From assembly GCA_965240465.1 (NCBI GenBank), contig OZ251219.1:1-64000 (forward strand): a DNA stretch of 64,000 nucleotides. The letters are read 5' to 3'. A program made the position numbers and the translations under genes. Positions within the stretch are counted from its first letter, which is position 1. Each line of letters starts with the position of its first letter. Positions 10,029 through 19,625 of the stretch are shown here, one piece after another. The stretch comes from a bacterium. GTDB lineage: Bacteria; SAR324; JACQKK01. The notes under the pieces are model-generated. The model was not told the DNA's origin. It worked only from the letters and a program-made list of their open reading frames with translations, and did no database searches.

Positions 10029-11501
10029 TCAACCCTTATAGGCGGGCAAGCCATATTTCTCAGGACATACAAGGTGATTATCGTTAAAGGCACGGGCATA
10101 ATAAGAGTATCCTTCTGGTATCTTCATATCATCCAGAATTAAGCAGGCACTTTTAGCCAAAATTAACTCTTCAATATCTTTGTCAATGCTAGCAATGCGG
10201 GGTCTATATGGGTAAAACACGTATCGGGTAGGTGAATTAATTTTTGCTAAAAAGATAGTCCCCGCAAAATCGTAGACCAGAGGTTGAACAGCAATCCCTT
10301 TTTCCTTTAGTGGCTTAAGAGCTTCTAAAAATCGGTGCCTATCTGAGTCTGGCAAGTTGTAGCCATCTTTAATCACTTTGGTATAATTATTTTCTACATA
10401 ATGAAATGAAATTTGAAAGCAAATTATAGCAATAATAAACGCAATGGTGGGTCTATAAGACATCCACTGATTAGGAGGCAATATCTTCTTCTTAGGCATA
10501 CCAATAAACAATGCTAGGGTAGCTAGGCTCGCTAGTCCAACCAGAGAATAATGTCCATAACCATACCCACTGATAGTTGCAAAAAGAATATCTGTCCCAA
10601 ATATCAGTAAAAGTATCTGTGTTAATGGTTGGCGAAATCCTTGGAAAGATCTTAATCCGCCTGTAACATGAAAAATAAGAGCTAATGATAAAGGACTTCT
10701 AAGAATTATTTTTAAGTTATAAAACACCTCATCAATTCTTTTTTCTATTCCACTGTAAGACGTGTATTGCAGATTGTATTGTACGTATGTTTTCCAAAGT
10801 TCATGAAGATACCCATTAACGTACGCATGAAGTAAAAAACTTCCCACCACAGCAAAGAAACAAGCTGTAGTGGCTAAAGCAGCCATTAGGACGGAGCGGT
10901 ATCCAGAATGTTTGAATGCCTGTACTAATAGAATTACAAATAGGATAAAACAACCTCCCCCATTGTTAATACGGGTGGTTACTGCCACACCACCAGCTAC
11001 TCCTAGCAAAACAGCAGTGGTGATTAATAAAGAAAGTGAATCTTTCTTTCCGTACCATAAACAGTAGTAGCAATATCCCAGTAACTGAAGCGGGAATATC
11101 CAGCTCTCAGTAAAATTTCCCCCTTGGAAAAGCAATAGATAACTGGAGATGATAAGGAGCAATAGCAGGGAATGACCCCACTTATAAGCACTTTTTGGAG
11201 CTAGCTTTAATGCCCATAATAAGGCAGTGATGGTTAACAACGCTTCCAGCACAATAACCCCCCAAGCTTCATTTTCAGATATAAGCAATCCCCAAGCATT
11301 AAGATAGAAAAGCAAAGGTCCCTTGTGATCCCAGATATCTACATACGGCAAGCCTCCTGTATTGATCACCCAGCCAGCATGCATAAAAACGCCTGAGTCT
11401 GTGCCAATTGGTAGGCTAAGTAATATTCCTAAGAAAGGGAGCGTGAGTATCAGCAAATTTACCAAATTTGTGATTGCTACACCTTTTCTGTACTCAAGCA
11501 T
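10029..11501 (-). CDS. GT-C (ArnT/PMT-like) membrane glycosyltransferase, copy 2
   Basis: Same motifs; near-identical tandem paralog of copy 1. Confidence 0.75.
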   Translation of the reverse strand: MLEYRKGVAITNLVNLLILTLPFLGILLSLPIGTDSGVFMHAGWVINTGGLPYVDIWDHKGPLLFYLNAWGLLISENEAWGVIVLEALLTITALLWALKLAPKSAYKWGHSLLLLLIISSYLLLFQGGNFTESWIFPLQLLGYCYYCLWYGKKDSLSLLITTAVLLGVAGGVAVTTRINNGGGCFILFVILLVQAFKHSGYRSVLMAALATTACFFAVVGSFLLHAYVNGYLHELWKTYVQYNLQYTSYSGIEKRIDEVFYNLKIILRSPLSLALIFHVTGGLRSFQGFRQPLTQILLLIFGTDILFATISGYGYGHYSLVGLASLATLALFIGMPKKKILPPNQWMSYRPTIAFIIAIICFQISFHYVENNYTKVIKDGYNLPDSDRHRFLEALKPLKEKGIAVQPLVYDFAGTIFLAKINSPTRYVFYPYRPRIASIDKDIEELILAKSACLILDDMKIPEGYSYYARAFNDNHLVCPEKYGLPAYKG

Positions 11502-11503
11502 GC

Positions 11504-13627
11504 TTAGAATTTGCTTTGTTTGTTGAGTAGTTTGAAAATACGTTTTTGGATGAATACTTCCAACATGTTTTTATCAATGTGATTTTGGAAGGCTTCTTCT
11601 TGGAGTATTTGGATGGCCTTTTCAGGAGGGAGTGCCTTTTTGTATGGTCGGTCTAGGGCAGTGAGGGCGTCAAATATATCCACGACTGTCATTATTTTGG
11701 CTTGAACGGGGATTTCTTTAGCTACCAGTTTTCTTGGGTATCCAGTGCCATCAAGTTTTTCGTGGTGGGCGTGGGCGATATCGGGAACGAATTTGAGTTC
11801 TGGGGTCCAGGGAATTTTGCTAAGGAAGCTATAAGTGTGGGAGACATGCGATTCTATTTCTTGGCGATCTTTTTCAGTAAGAGAGCCTCTGGGGATTTTG
11901 AAGCTAGATAGCTCTTTTTCAGAAATGAAAGGGATAGCCTCTCCCTTCAGATTAGTGAAGAATTTTTGGCGTAGTTCCATCAATAGCTTTAGATCTTCAT
12001 CGGAGAGTTCAGTGGGTTCATTGCAGCGTGCCAGCAGGACCGAAATGTTATCTATCTCTGCCATGGACTGCTTGAGTTCTTGCTGAGCCTTTTTGATGAT
12101 AGCTGGGGTTACTTGGTTACCATTTTTTGTCAATTGCAGTTGTTTTTGAGTATTTTGCAAGGTGATCAGGGTTCGGATATATTCCAAGCGGTCAAACATC
12201 CGTTGATATTGGTGAGGATAGAGCTTCTTAGCCTTGACGAGAACATGCTCGCGAACACCGATCTTGCCAAAGTCATGGAGCAAAGCCGCGTAACGGATTT
12301 CTTCTAGTTGTTCCTTAGAATAATTTATGTTGCGGAATTCCTTATGAGTATTCAGCTGGCTGATTTCCTCAGCTAACCCAACGGTAAGGATCGCGACCCG
12401 ATAAGAATGACCAGAAGTAGTTGGGTCCCGAGATTCAATTGCCTGAGCACTAGCGTTGATGAAGCCCTCAAATAATTTACGGATGCTGTTGATAAGCTTG
12501 GCATTTTGTAATGCAATGGAAGCCTGACTAGCTACTGATATCATCCAGCCTTCTTCTCTTTTAGAAAAAGGAGCAACAAATTTTTCAAATTCTTTGGGTT
12601 TGTCTAATAAGGCGTTCTGTTTGGTCTTGTGATTGATCAGCTGAATAACACCAATGGTTTGTCCATGCGTGTTCAACATGGGGACAGTCAGCATTGACTT
12701 AGTACGGTAGCCTATGGACTTATCAAAATCTCGTCCTCCCCAAGAATAGCCCGCCTTAGTACCGATCTTATAAACATCGTCTATCCTCAAGGGCTTTTGT
12801 GTGATCGCCACTCGTCCATAGATGGTCTTCATGCTAACATCCAGTGTGAACGCACTAAAAGGCACCTTATGAGAGTCGTTTTGGGCTACCTGAAAACGCA
12901 TGCGTTTATTGGCCAGCCAGTCATTAGGATCTTCCTTTTTGTCGGGATCTACCTCAATCAGGTAGAGCGAACCTGCATCGGCAAAGGTCAAGTCTCGGCA
13001 GCGTTTTACAATCAATTCCAGCAGACGGTCTAGGTCTCGCTCGGTGGAGAGTGCCTTGCCGATCTGGTTGAGCATGTTTAGGGTTTCATTATCTGAAAGA
13101 GTCTGACGCTTCAAGACATTGGTTTCAGATGCTTTTGAAAGTGCTTGTATCTCACGCCTTATTTTGAACAACAAAAACTTTATCGGAATACCTTCTCTGA
13201 CGGTATCCACCATCAAATTATCACATTTCTCTAGATGCTGTATGTTTTCTATCCCCAAAATCATGCGGCCGCGTTTAGGGAAATTCTTTGGAAACGTGCC
13301 TATCTCGCTAACAACATCTTTAGAATTGATAAAAGCCACCACTTGCTCTTCATGCACCCTTTTGATCAAAGCGGGAGATACCTCATCATAAAAAATGATG
13401 TTGTCGTGTTCTAAATCTTGCGGTTCCAGCCGCTGATAATCCTTCTTAAAGGAGCTAGGCAGCAACACCTCAAAGACTAGCTTTGAGGATGAATTAGCAA
13501 CTCGCTTTTTGCTTGACGCAGTGGCAGTCTTGGCTACCGCCTTTTGCTTCGCTTTTTTAGTAGTATCTTTCACAGTATCTTTCACAGTATCTTTCACAAC
13601 ATCCCTCACAGCGTCTCTCACAGCCAT
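11504..13627 (-). CDS. GAF + HD-GYP cyclic-dinucleotide phosphodiesterase
   Basis: GAF (ADAGSLY...GYRTKSMLTVPM...IGVIQLIN), RDPTTSGHS, LLHDFGKIG, HHEKLDGTGYP, DALTALDRPYK. Confidence 0.9.
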   Translation of the reverse strand: MAVRDAVRDVVKDTVKDTVKDTTKKAKQKAVAKTATASSKKRVANSSSKLVFEVLLPSSFKKDYQRLEPQDLEHDNIIFYDEVSPALIKRVHEEQVVAFINSKDVVSEIGTFPKNFPKRGRMILGIENIQHLEKCDNLMVDTVREGIPIKFLLFKIRREIQALSKASETNVLKRQTLSDNETLNMLNQIGKALSTERDLDRLLELIVKRCRDLTFADAGSLYLIEVDPDKKEDPNDWLANKRMRFQVAQNDSHKVPFSAFTLDVSMKTIYGRVAITQKPLRIDDVYKIGTKAGYSWGGRDFDKSIGYRTKSMLTVPMLNTHGQTIGVIQLINHKTKQNALLDKPKEFEKFVAPFSKREEGWMISVASQASIALQNAKLINSIRKLFEGFINASAQAIESRDPTTSGHSYRVAILTVGLAEEISQLNTHKEFRNINYSKEQLEEIRYAALLHDFGKIGVREHVLVKAKKLYPHQYQRMFDRLEYIRTLITLQNTQKQLQLTKNGNQVTPAIIKKAQQELKQSMAEIDNISVLLARCNEPTELSDEDLKLLMELRQKFFTNLKGEAIPFISEKELSSFKIPRGSLTEKDRQEIESHVSHTYSFLSKIPWTPELKFVPDIAHAHHEKLDGTGYPRKLVAKEIPVQAKIMTVVDIFDALTALDRPYKKALPPEKAIQILQEEAFQNHIDKNMLEVFIQKRIFKLLNKQSKF

Positions 13628-13670
13628 CTCTCACAACATCTCTCACAGCCATCTCTCACAACATCTCTCA
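13561..13670. repeat. Degenerate 12-13 bp tandem array across the HD-GYP start
   Basis: tcacagtatctt / tcacagccatctc / tcacaacatctc units; encodes VRDAVRDVVKDTVKDTVKDT. Confidence 0.85.
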
Positions 13671-13872
13671 TTTTTGCACCCAGTACTTAGCCCAATTAGC
13701 CTATCTATATTAAGGCCGCAAATATGACGCCACTTGTGATTATAACATGCTTAAATTGGGTTATATTATATCGGTCATCAATTCCAGGATCTCGCAAGAT
13801 GCTTGCAAGATGCCTGCAAAAACAAGCCTTTTACCAGATTTTTTTCGTTAAACTTGCATCACTAGATTCTCA

Positions 13873-14784
13873 ATGAACAAACTCTCCACCGCCGAACAAA
13901 CTAACACGCCACCAAAAACAGGGAGTATAGCCTCCAAATATCATTCCTCTGTTGATTCTACCACTAAATCCATCGGTTTTTCCTTCACTCCCGCAACTGC
14001 TTCTACCATCACCTTTGGAACTTGGAACGTTAATTCTCTGCGAGCTAGAATGGAACACGTCCGCAGATTCCTAATAGAACACGCCCCCGATGTACTTTGT
14101 CTCCAAGAAACAAAACTACCAGACGAATTGTTTCCTCAGTCAACATTTGAAGAATTGGGCTATCATGCGGTCTGGTGGGGAGAAAAAAGCTACAATGGAG
14201 TAGCTATTCTCTCAAAGCATCCCATCACCAACACCAATAGGGAGCTTGATAATAAACAATCACGCTTAATTTCCAGTACCATTAAGGGTATTCGGGTTAT
14301 CAATGGCTATTTTCCTCAAGGACGCAACATCGCTAGCGAGCATTTTGCTTACAAGCTCAGTTTCTATAAGCAGCTACGAGAAACACTAGAGAGAAACCAT
14401 CAACCCTCCCAAGCCATGCTGCTGGCAGGTGATTTTAACATCGCCCCAGAGCCTCGCGATGTTTATGACCCTCGGGCAATGGAAAATAAAATATCATTTC
14501 ACCCCCAAGAAAGAGAAGTTTTAGCACAACTTAGCAACTGGGGATGGCAAGATGCCTTCCGTTTGCTACATCAGGAAAAAGGACACCACACTTGGTGGGA
14601 TTTTCGCACCGCCGCCTGGGAAAAAGGACACGGACTCCGCTTAGACCACATCTGGCTTACTAAACCACTCGCTCAACAGCTGCTAAACTGCTGGATAGAA
14701 ACCCAAGAACGAACCCGCTTCAAACCCTCTGACCATGTTCCCGTGCTGGCTGAAATTAAATACCCTCCGACAGCTTCACAGTAG
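13873..14784 (+). CDS. xth: Exodeoxyribonuclease III
   Basis: TWNVNSLRAR, DVLCLQETK, YNGVAILS, GDFNIAP, TWWDFR, GLRLDHI, PSDHVPV. Confidence 0.95.
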   Translation: MNKLSTAEQTNTPPKTGSIASKYHSSVDSTTKSIGFSFTPATASTITFGTWNVNSLRARMEHVRRFLIEHAPDVLCLQETKLPDELFPQSTFEELGYHAVWWGEKSYNGVAILSKHPITNTNRELDNKQSRLISSTIKGIRVINGYFPQGRNIASEHFAYKLSFYKQLRETLERNHQPSQAMLLAGDFNIAPEPRDVYDPRAMENKISFHPQEREVLAQLSNWGWQDAFRLLHQEKGHHTWWDFRTAAWEKGHGLRLDHIWLTKPLAQQLLNCWIETQERTRFKPSDHVPVLAEIKYPPTASQ

Positions 14785-14820
14785 CATTTGTTCTATCATA
14801 GCTATGGATTCCTTATCTTT

Positions 14821-15762
14821 ATGGTATTTCCCTTGCCTTCTTCTCCTCCCCTATTAAGCGATCCCGAACTAGCTACTCTACTCGGAGACACCCCCGCTCC
14901 CATTCCCAGTAATGCTAACTGGCCAATGCTGGATGCCCTACATCATCGGACCGCATTGCTGCTGGGAAAACGCCTCAAGGTGCGTTTTAGTCCTAAGCTT
15001 TCGGCAAGGGCCTATTCTACCCAATCTTCTCATGACTTGAAAAATCTAGGACTTACCGTACTTCTACAATTGCACTCCCCCAAAAAAAAGCCCCTGCCAC
15101 TCGCCTTCACCCTAGATAAACACGCCGCCCACCTCGTAGCAGATCTCCTATTAGGAGGAATCGGACCAGCGAACCTCAAACCACACTTCTCCAACATTGA
15201 AAAACGAATGCTCGTCCGACTGTCAGATGCTCTCATCGCAGCTATCCAGCTAGCCCTGCAGCCTATCTTACCCACCCGAGCAATAATCACCCACTGGCTA
15301 CCACACCAAAACCCCCTCCCACAACTGACGCAACAACCTCTCCTCTCCGCTATGATCAAAATCGGCACTACTGAGGCTTGCACTCCGATTCACATCCATT
15401 GGCCAACCTCAAACATCTACTCACTCTGGCCGCAAGCAATACCCACTACTACTCCATTAACCTCAATCCCGACTTCTGACCAGTCATCTGCTGAATTATT
15501 TTCAGAAAAAACATCACCTAAGCACCTCTCTCAGCACCTCTCTCAGCACCTCTCTCACAACAGGGTGCGTGTCGCAACGGAGCTGGGAAATACCTCCATG
15601 CCCCTAGGAAAATTCCTGCAACTCAAGCTCGGGGATACCATTACCCTTGATCAATCTGTTGATCAGCCCTTAAAAGTACTTATAGAAGGAATCCCTTTCT
15701 TCCAAGCTTCCCGTAGTCAGCAACAGGGACAAGAAGCTTTCATCTTAAAGGGAAGCATATGA
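14821..15762 (+). CDS. Divergent FliM-like protein (FliM/FliN SpoA C-terminal domain)
   Basis: LLSDPELATLL (like FliM LSQxEIDALL), ADLLLGGIG...FSNIEKR, ELG...LQLKLGDTITLDQ. Confidence 0.65.
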   Translation: MVFPLPSSPPLLSDPELATLLGDTPAPIPSNANWPMLDALHHRTALLLGKRLKVRFSPKLSARAYSTQSSHDLKNLGLTVLLQLHSPKKKPLPLAFTLDKHAAHLVADLLLGGIGPANLKPHFSNIEKRMLVRLSDALIAAIQLALQPILPTRAIITHWLPHQNPLPQLTQQPLLSAMIKIGTTEACTPIHIHWPTSNIYSLWPQAIPTTTPLTSIPTSDQSSAELFSEKTSPKHLSQHLSQHLSHNRVRVATELGNTSMPLGKFLQLKLGDTITLDQSVDQPLKVLIEGIPFFQASRSQQQGQEAFILKGSI

Positions 15763-15888
15763 GGGTGTAATTGGTTGATATGATAAACCCCAAGCTTACT
15801 ACAAAATAGGAAACCATAAGCTTTACTACACATAATTCATGTGTATAATTACAACGGGTATCGCCTTGTTGTTTGTAATTTATTTTTT

Positions 15889-16152
15889 CTACCAATTAGG
15901 AATTTTGCTTTTCATTTTGGGTTTTTTACGTAACCTCCTTAAAAATTCTTCCTCAGAAATGCTCAAATTCTTGATGATATTTTTCACCTTTGATGGTGGA
16001 ACTCTTATAGAGTGATACCTTAGTAAAATAGGCCTCTCACCATGTTTGTCAAAACAATAACTGGATTTATCAATTCTCCCTCTAGCAGAAAAACCACAGC
16101 TAATAATAACCCTTTCTATTTCTTTGGCTTTTATCCCAGATAATCTTGCCAT
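15889..16152 (-). CDS. HicA-like toxin (atypical)
   Basis: MARLSGIKAKEIERVI..CGF...H...VKNIIKNLSISEEEF pattern; basic 87 aa; lacks GSH. Confidence 0.6.
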   Translation of the reverse strand: MARLSGIKAKEIERVIISCGFSARGRIDKSSYCFDKHGERPILLRYHSIRVPPSKVKNIIKNLSISEEEFLRRLRKKPKMKSKIPNW

Positions 16153-16541
16153 TAAATATGAGCCCTTCCGTCAGCACGAACCCTGTCAATAATAGGAGCC
16201 ATAGGGATTTTTTCTATTTCGGCTTGATTCTCTGTTTTTTCTGGAATGTAAGGTGGAGGGCTAATTTCTTTCCCTTTCCTTTCCCAGCCCAAAGATTCCA
16301 AAACAAAATCAAGTTTTTCCAGTTCAATGCATGTTACTAGAAAAAGATATAGATCTTCTGTGAAGTTTTTTATCGCCTCTTCTTTTGTTTCGCCATAAGA
16401 CACCAAGTCAAAAGCCTCGCTTTTAACTATAGTAGCATCTTCCTCTTTATAAATAGACACCTTCAACTCTTTGATGGCTATATTTGGTGGAATGTTTTTT
16501 GTTTTTTCGAAGACTACTTCTGTGCTGCTCATTTTTTTCAC
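16152..16541 (-). CDS. HicB-like antitoxin
   Basis: IYKEE...FDLVSYGETKEEAIKNF motif; stop/start overlap with HicA-like gene. Confidence 0.7.
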   Translation of the reverse strand: MKKMSSTEVVFEKTKNIPPNIAIKELKVSIYKEEDATIVKSEAFDLVSYGETKEEAIKNFTEDLYLFLVTCIELEKLDFVLESLGWERKGKEISPPPYIPEKTENQAEIEKIPMAPIIDRVRADGRAHI

Positions 16542-16829
16542 TTTAATGGGGTGTGGTTTGGTACAAAAATGTTGAAACTCCTTATCTCTGATTTTTTTGC
16601 AGAGTCCATTTTATCCTAACATAAACAGCTCGTAAAGTCCATCCTCGCACAAGTTGCCTATAGCTTTTTTTAATGACAAAGAACCCCCTTTGTCAAGGGC
16701 AATTTCAAGGTTTTTAGTTTCTTGTACCCTGTTGCATAGTCAAGCGTATGTTATCCCCAAAATATGCTTGACAGAAATATCAATGTATGACGATATTGAT
16801 GGAGCTTGTATTCATTTGGAGAATCATAA

Positions 16830-16964
16830 TTGAAGCGGACTTATCAACCTAATGTGTCAAAGCGGAAGCGGACACACGGATTTAGGGTACGGATGTCAAC
16901 CGTGGGAGGGCGTAATGTTTTGCGTCGTCGCCGTGCTAAAGGTCGGGTGCGATTAGCGGTTTAG
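16830..16964 (+). CDS. rpmH: 50S ribosomal protein L34
   Basis: Below ORF-track cutoff; TTG start after [48 protein letters not shown]. Confidence 0.97.
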   Translation: MKRTYQPNVSKRKRTHGFRVRMSTVGGRNVLRRRRAKGRVRLAV

Positions 16965-17041
16965 CTGGTGCGAAAGGTTTGGTTGCTCTGATAGTATTAG
17001 CTGGTGTGAAAGTAATGGGTAGGCAGTATATATAGGCTTAC

Positions 17042-17113
17042 ATCAAGACCATCGGAACAATCAAGACCATCGGAACAATCAAGACCATCGGAACAATCAG
17101 GACCATCAGGACA
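17042..17113. repeat. 18-bp tandem repeat x4 between rpmH and rnpA
   Basis: atcaagaccatcggaaca x3 plus a degenerate fourth copy. Confidence 0.9.
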
Positions 17114-17129
17114 GCAAGGCAAAGAAGGT

Positions 17130-17531
17130 ATGCGATTGCGAGGTCGTGCGGATATTAAATTGGTATTTCGTCAAGGAGAGCATTATCATCTTGGTGCTAT
17201 GCAGGCACGGGTATTAAGGCGTTCGGATGATTTACGGCGTTATATGATTACGGTTTCCAAGCGTTTGGGAGGAGCAGTGGTTCGTAATCGGGTTCGGCGT
17301 TGGGTTCGGGAGGCACTGCGGGAGGCACTGCGGGAAACACCGCGAGAGGCACTGCATCGGGGGGGAGGGCAGGCGGCCAGTGGATTAGAGGGTTATAATG
17401 GGTGGGATGTGTGTTTATTTTTTCCCCCATCAAGCAGAAAGCAAGCTGCTCAGAGTTATAAAGGCTTATGTGCAGAGGTAGACATCTTAATGAAGCGATT
17501 ATGGGATGTGAAAGAAAGTGTAGGGCGATAG
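17130..17531 (+). CDS. rnpA: RNase P protein component
   Basis: ITVSKRLGGAVVRNRVRRWVRE (RNR motif); synteny with rpmH and yidD. Confidence 0.9.
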   Translation: MRLRGRADIKLVFRQGEHYHLGAMQARVLRRSDDLRRYMITVSKRLGGAVVRNRVRRWVREALREALRETPREALHRGGGQAASGLEGYNGWDVCLFFPPSSRKQAAQSYKGLCAEVDILMKRLWDVKESVGR

Positions 17532-17533
17532 AC

Positions 17534-17812
17534 ATGACAATCTTGCTGATTTGGGTAGTACAAGTTTATAGATTTTTTATATCACCATTGCTACGACCTT
17601 CGTGTCGGTTTTTTCCCAGTTGTTCTGATTATGCAGAGCAGGTGTTACAACAGCATGGCTGGTTGCGAGGTGGTTGGTTGTCATTGCGACGGTTGTTACG
17701 ATGCCATCCCTTTAACGCAGGAGGATGGGATCCTCCACCAGTTAATGCTAGCTCTGCATGCACTAATTCCAGCTGTGACAAAGCTCACCGCCCTAAATCT
17801 AATTGCGGTTGA
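17534..17812 (+). CDS. yidD: Membrane protein insertion efficiency factor
   Basis: YRFFISP...CRFFPSCSDYA...RCHPFNAGGWDP. Confidence 0.93.
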   Translation: MTILLIWVVQVYRFFISPLLRPSCRFFPSCSDYAEQVLQQHGWLRGGWLSLRRLLRCHPFNAGGWDPPPVNASSACTNSSCDKAHRPKSNCG

Positions 17813-17815
17813 TAC

Positions 17816-19516
17816 ATGAATAAAAATACATTTTTGGCAATCGGTCTTTCTATGCTAGTTCTGCTGGCTTATTATGCCTTCTTCACGCCTTCTCCTCCGA
17901 CGCCATCTCCTACTCCACAGCAGCAGCAGCAATCTCCGCCGCCTTTTGCATCTTCTACTCTGAGTCAAACCTCGGAAAGCTCTGCTGAGCCTTCCAATTC
18001 TCTGCCGTTTTTGACTGAGTCAAATCCCTCATTAACCAGAAGTATCGGCACTCCCCTAGTGGTGGAAACCCCTATCTATAGGGCTCAATTTGACCTCCAA
18101 GGCGGAGTACTCCATAGCCTAGTACTAAAAAAATATCACGCAGATAAAGGTGTCACTTCTTGGAGCAAGCTACTACCCTTTCTCAGCCAGTGGTTCTCGC
18201 CAAAAGAGGTGGATGAGGTCTCTCTGGTAGAGATGGTGGACAAACGTTTTCCGCAACAATATCCCTTTGGAGTACTAATAAATGATGATAAATCATCCTT
18301 GACCACAAAGTATAAAGCCAGCCAATCTCGGATGAACCTACAAGCTGGCGATTCTCCGCGTTCACTGGTTCTTAAAACCAAAACACCCAGCGGAACTAAC
18401 ATCGTTAAGACCTTCACCTTTGCACCCGATTCCTACATCATTGACTACCAATTACAAATTAGGAGTAATTCTACTCAAGGGCAGCAACTCCAAGCACTTA
18501 GCCTGATGGGTACTGCCCCTCCCAGTCCTAATATTACTAGAGGAATTGGTAATCACACGGGACCACTCTGGTGGGTGAACGATGATCTGGAAAAAGAAGA
18601 CCCTGATGATCTAAATGACGGTCTGGTTATCCAAAAAGCAGAGTGGGGTGGTAGTGCAGGTACTTATTTCATCAATGCTGCCCTAACCGAACAAGGTAGT
18701 CAGCGTCTTGTCTTCGGAGGGTTAAAAACTTCTCAGAAAAAACTGTGGCAATCTTTTTATGGATTTCAGCTCCCCAGCACCATTGTTACAGCTTCTCAAC
18801 CACTTCAACATAGGGTTCGCGTCTACATTGGTCCCAAAGACCCTAAAAGTATGAGGGATTTCCACCAAAAATTTGAGATGGCTAAAGATCTCACCCTAAC
18901 TTTTATTGCCGAACCCATGCTGGTCGGACTAAGAACTTTCTATAGCCTGACTGGTAATTACGGTTGGGCTATAATAATACTGACCATCTGTATTAGGCTC
19001 ATTCTCTTCCCTCTGACCTATATGGGCTCACGCTCCATGAAACGCATGAGAATCCTACAGCCCAAAATGAAAGCCATCAAGGAGAGATTCAAGGGCAATA
19101 AAGAACGTATTAACCAAGAAACATTTCAACTCTACCGCAAGCATAAAATTAACCCACTAGGAGGTTGTCTACCCATTTTAGTACAAATTCCTATCTTCTT
19201 TGCCTTCTATTCAGCCCTTCTCAGTGCTATAGAACTTAGACACCAACCCTTCATTTTCTGGATCCAAGACCTATCGGTTAAGGACGGCCTTTATATCCTC
19301 CCCATCCTTATGGCTGCCTCTATGGTGCTTCAGCAAAAAATCATGCCCGCACCTGCTGACCCCACTCAACAAAAAATACTCGCATGGATGCCTATCATAT
19401 TCCTCTTCTTCATGTTTAACTTTCCCTCTGGATTGGTACTATACTGGCTGGTCAGCAATCTACTTTCCATCGTACAGCAAATAGCCGTAGACCGCCTCAC
19501 CCCCACTCCTGCCTAA
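17816..19516 (+). CDS. yidC: Membrane protein insertase
   Basis: NYGWAIIILT, LQPKM, NPLGGCLPILVQIPIF, PSGLVLYW. Confidence 0.96.
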   Translation: MNKNTFLAIGLSMLVLLAYYAFFTPSPPTPSPTPQQQQQSPPPFASSTLSQTSESSAEPSNSLPFLTESNPSLTRSIGTPLVVETPIYRAQFDLQGGVLHSLVLKKYHADKGVTSWSKLLPFLSQWFSPKEVDEVSLVEMVDKRFPQQYPFGVLINDDKSSLTTKYKASQSRMNLQAGDSPRSLVLKTKTPSGTNIVKTFTFAPDSYIIDYQLQIRSNSTQGQQLQALSLMGTAPPSPNITRGIGNHTGPLWWVNDDLEKEDPDDLNDGLVIQKAEWGGSAGTYFINAALTEQGSQRLVFGGLKTSQKKLWQSFYGFQLPSTIVTASQPLQHRVRVYIGPKDPKSMRDFHQKFEMAKDLTLTFIAEPMLVGLRTFYSLTGNYGWAIIILTICIRLILFPLTYMGSRSMKRMRILQPKMKAIKERFKGNKERINQETFQLYRKHKINPLGGCLPILVQIPIFFAFYSALLSAIELRHQPFIFWIQDLSVKDGLYILPILMAASMVLQQKIMPAPADPTQQKILAWMPIIFLFFMFNFPSGLVLYWLVSNLLSIVQQIAVDRLTPTPA

Positions 19517-19562
19517 GCCTCGTTGATATGAATGATAGGGGAGGGGGGAGGGGGGTGTCGTG

Positions 19563-19625
19563 CATTGTCTTTCTTAAACATTGGTCTTTCTTAAACATTG
19601 GTCTTTCTTAAACATTGTCTTAAAT
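19563..19625. repeat. 16-17 bp tandem repeat x4 (cattggtctttcttaaa)
   Basis: Directly visible; abuts the stop of 19620..20273. Confidence 0.9.

Noticed and set aside
16640-16700. Third IS1595 tail upstream of hicB (- strand TGTCAT then KKSYRQLV)
   Set aside because: Only a few residues of resemblance; could be chance.
16542-16829. oriC upstream of rpmH
   Set aside because: Only one or two imperfect DnaA-box-like 9-mers (e.g. TTATCCCCA), and no dnaA.
17042-17113. CRISPR-like array (also 6141, 19563, 38750)
   Set aside because: Units are contiguous with no unique spacers, too short, and no cas genes are present.
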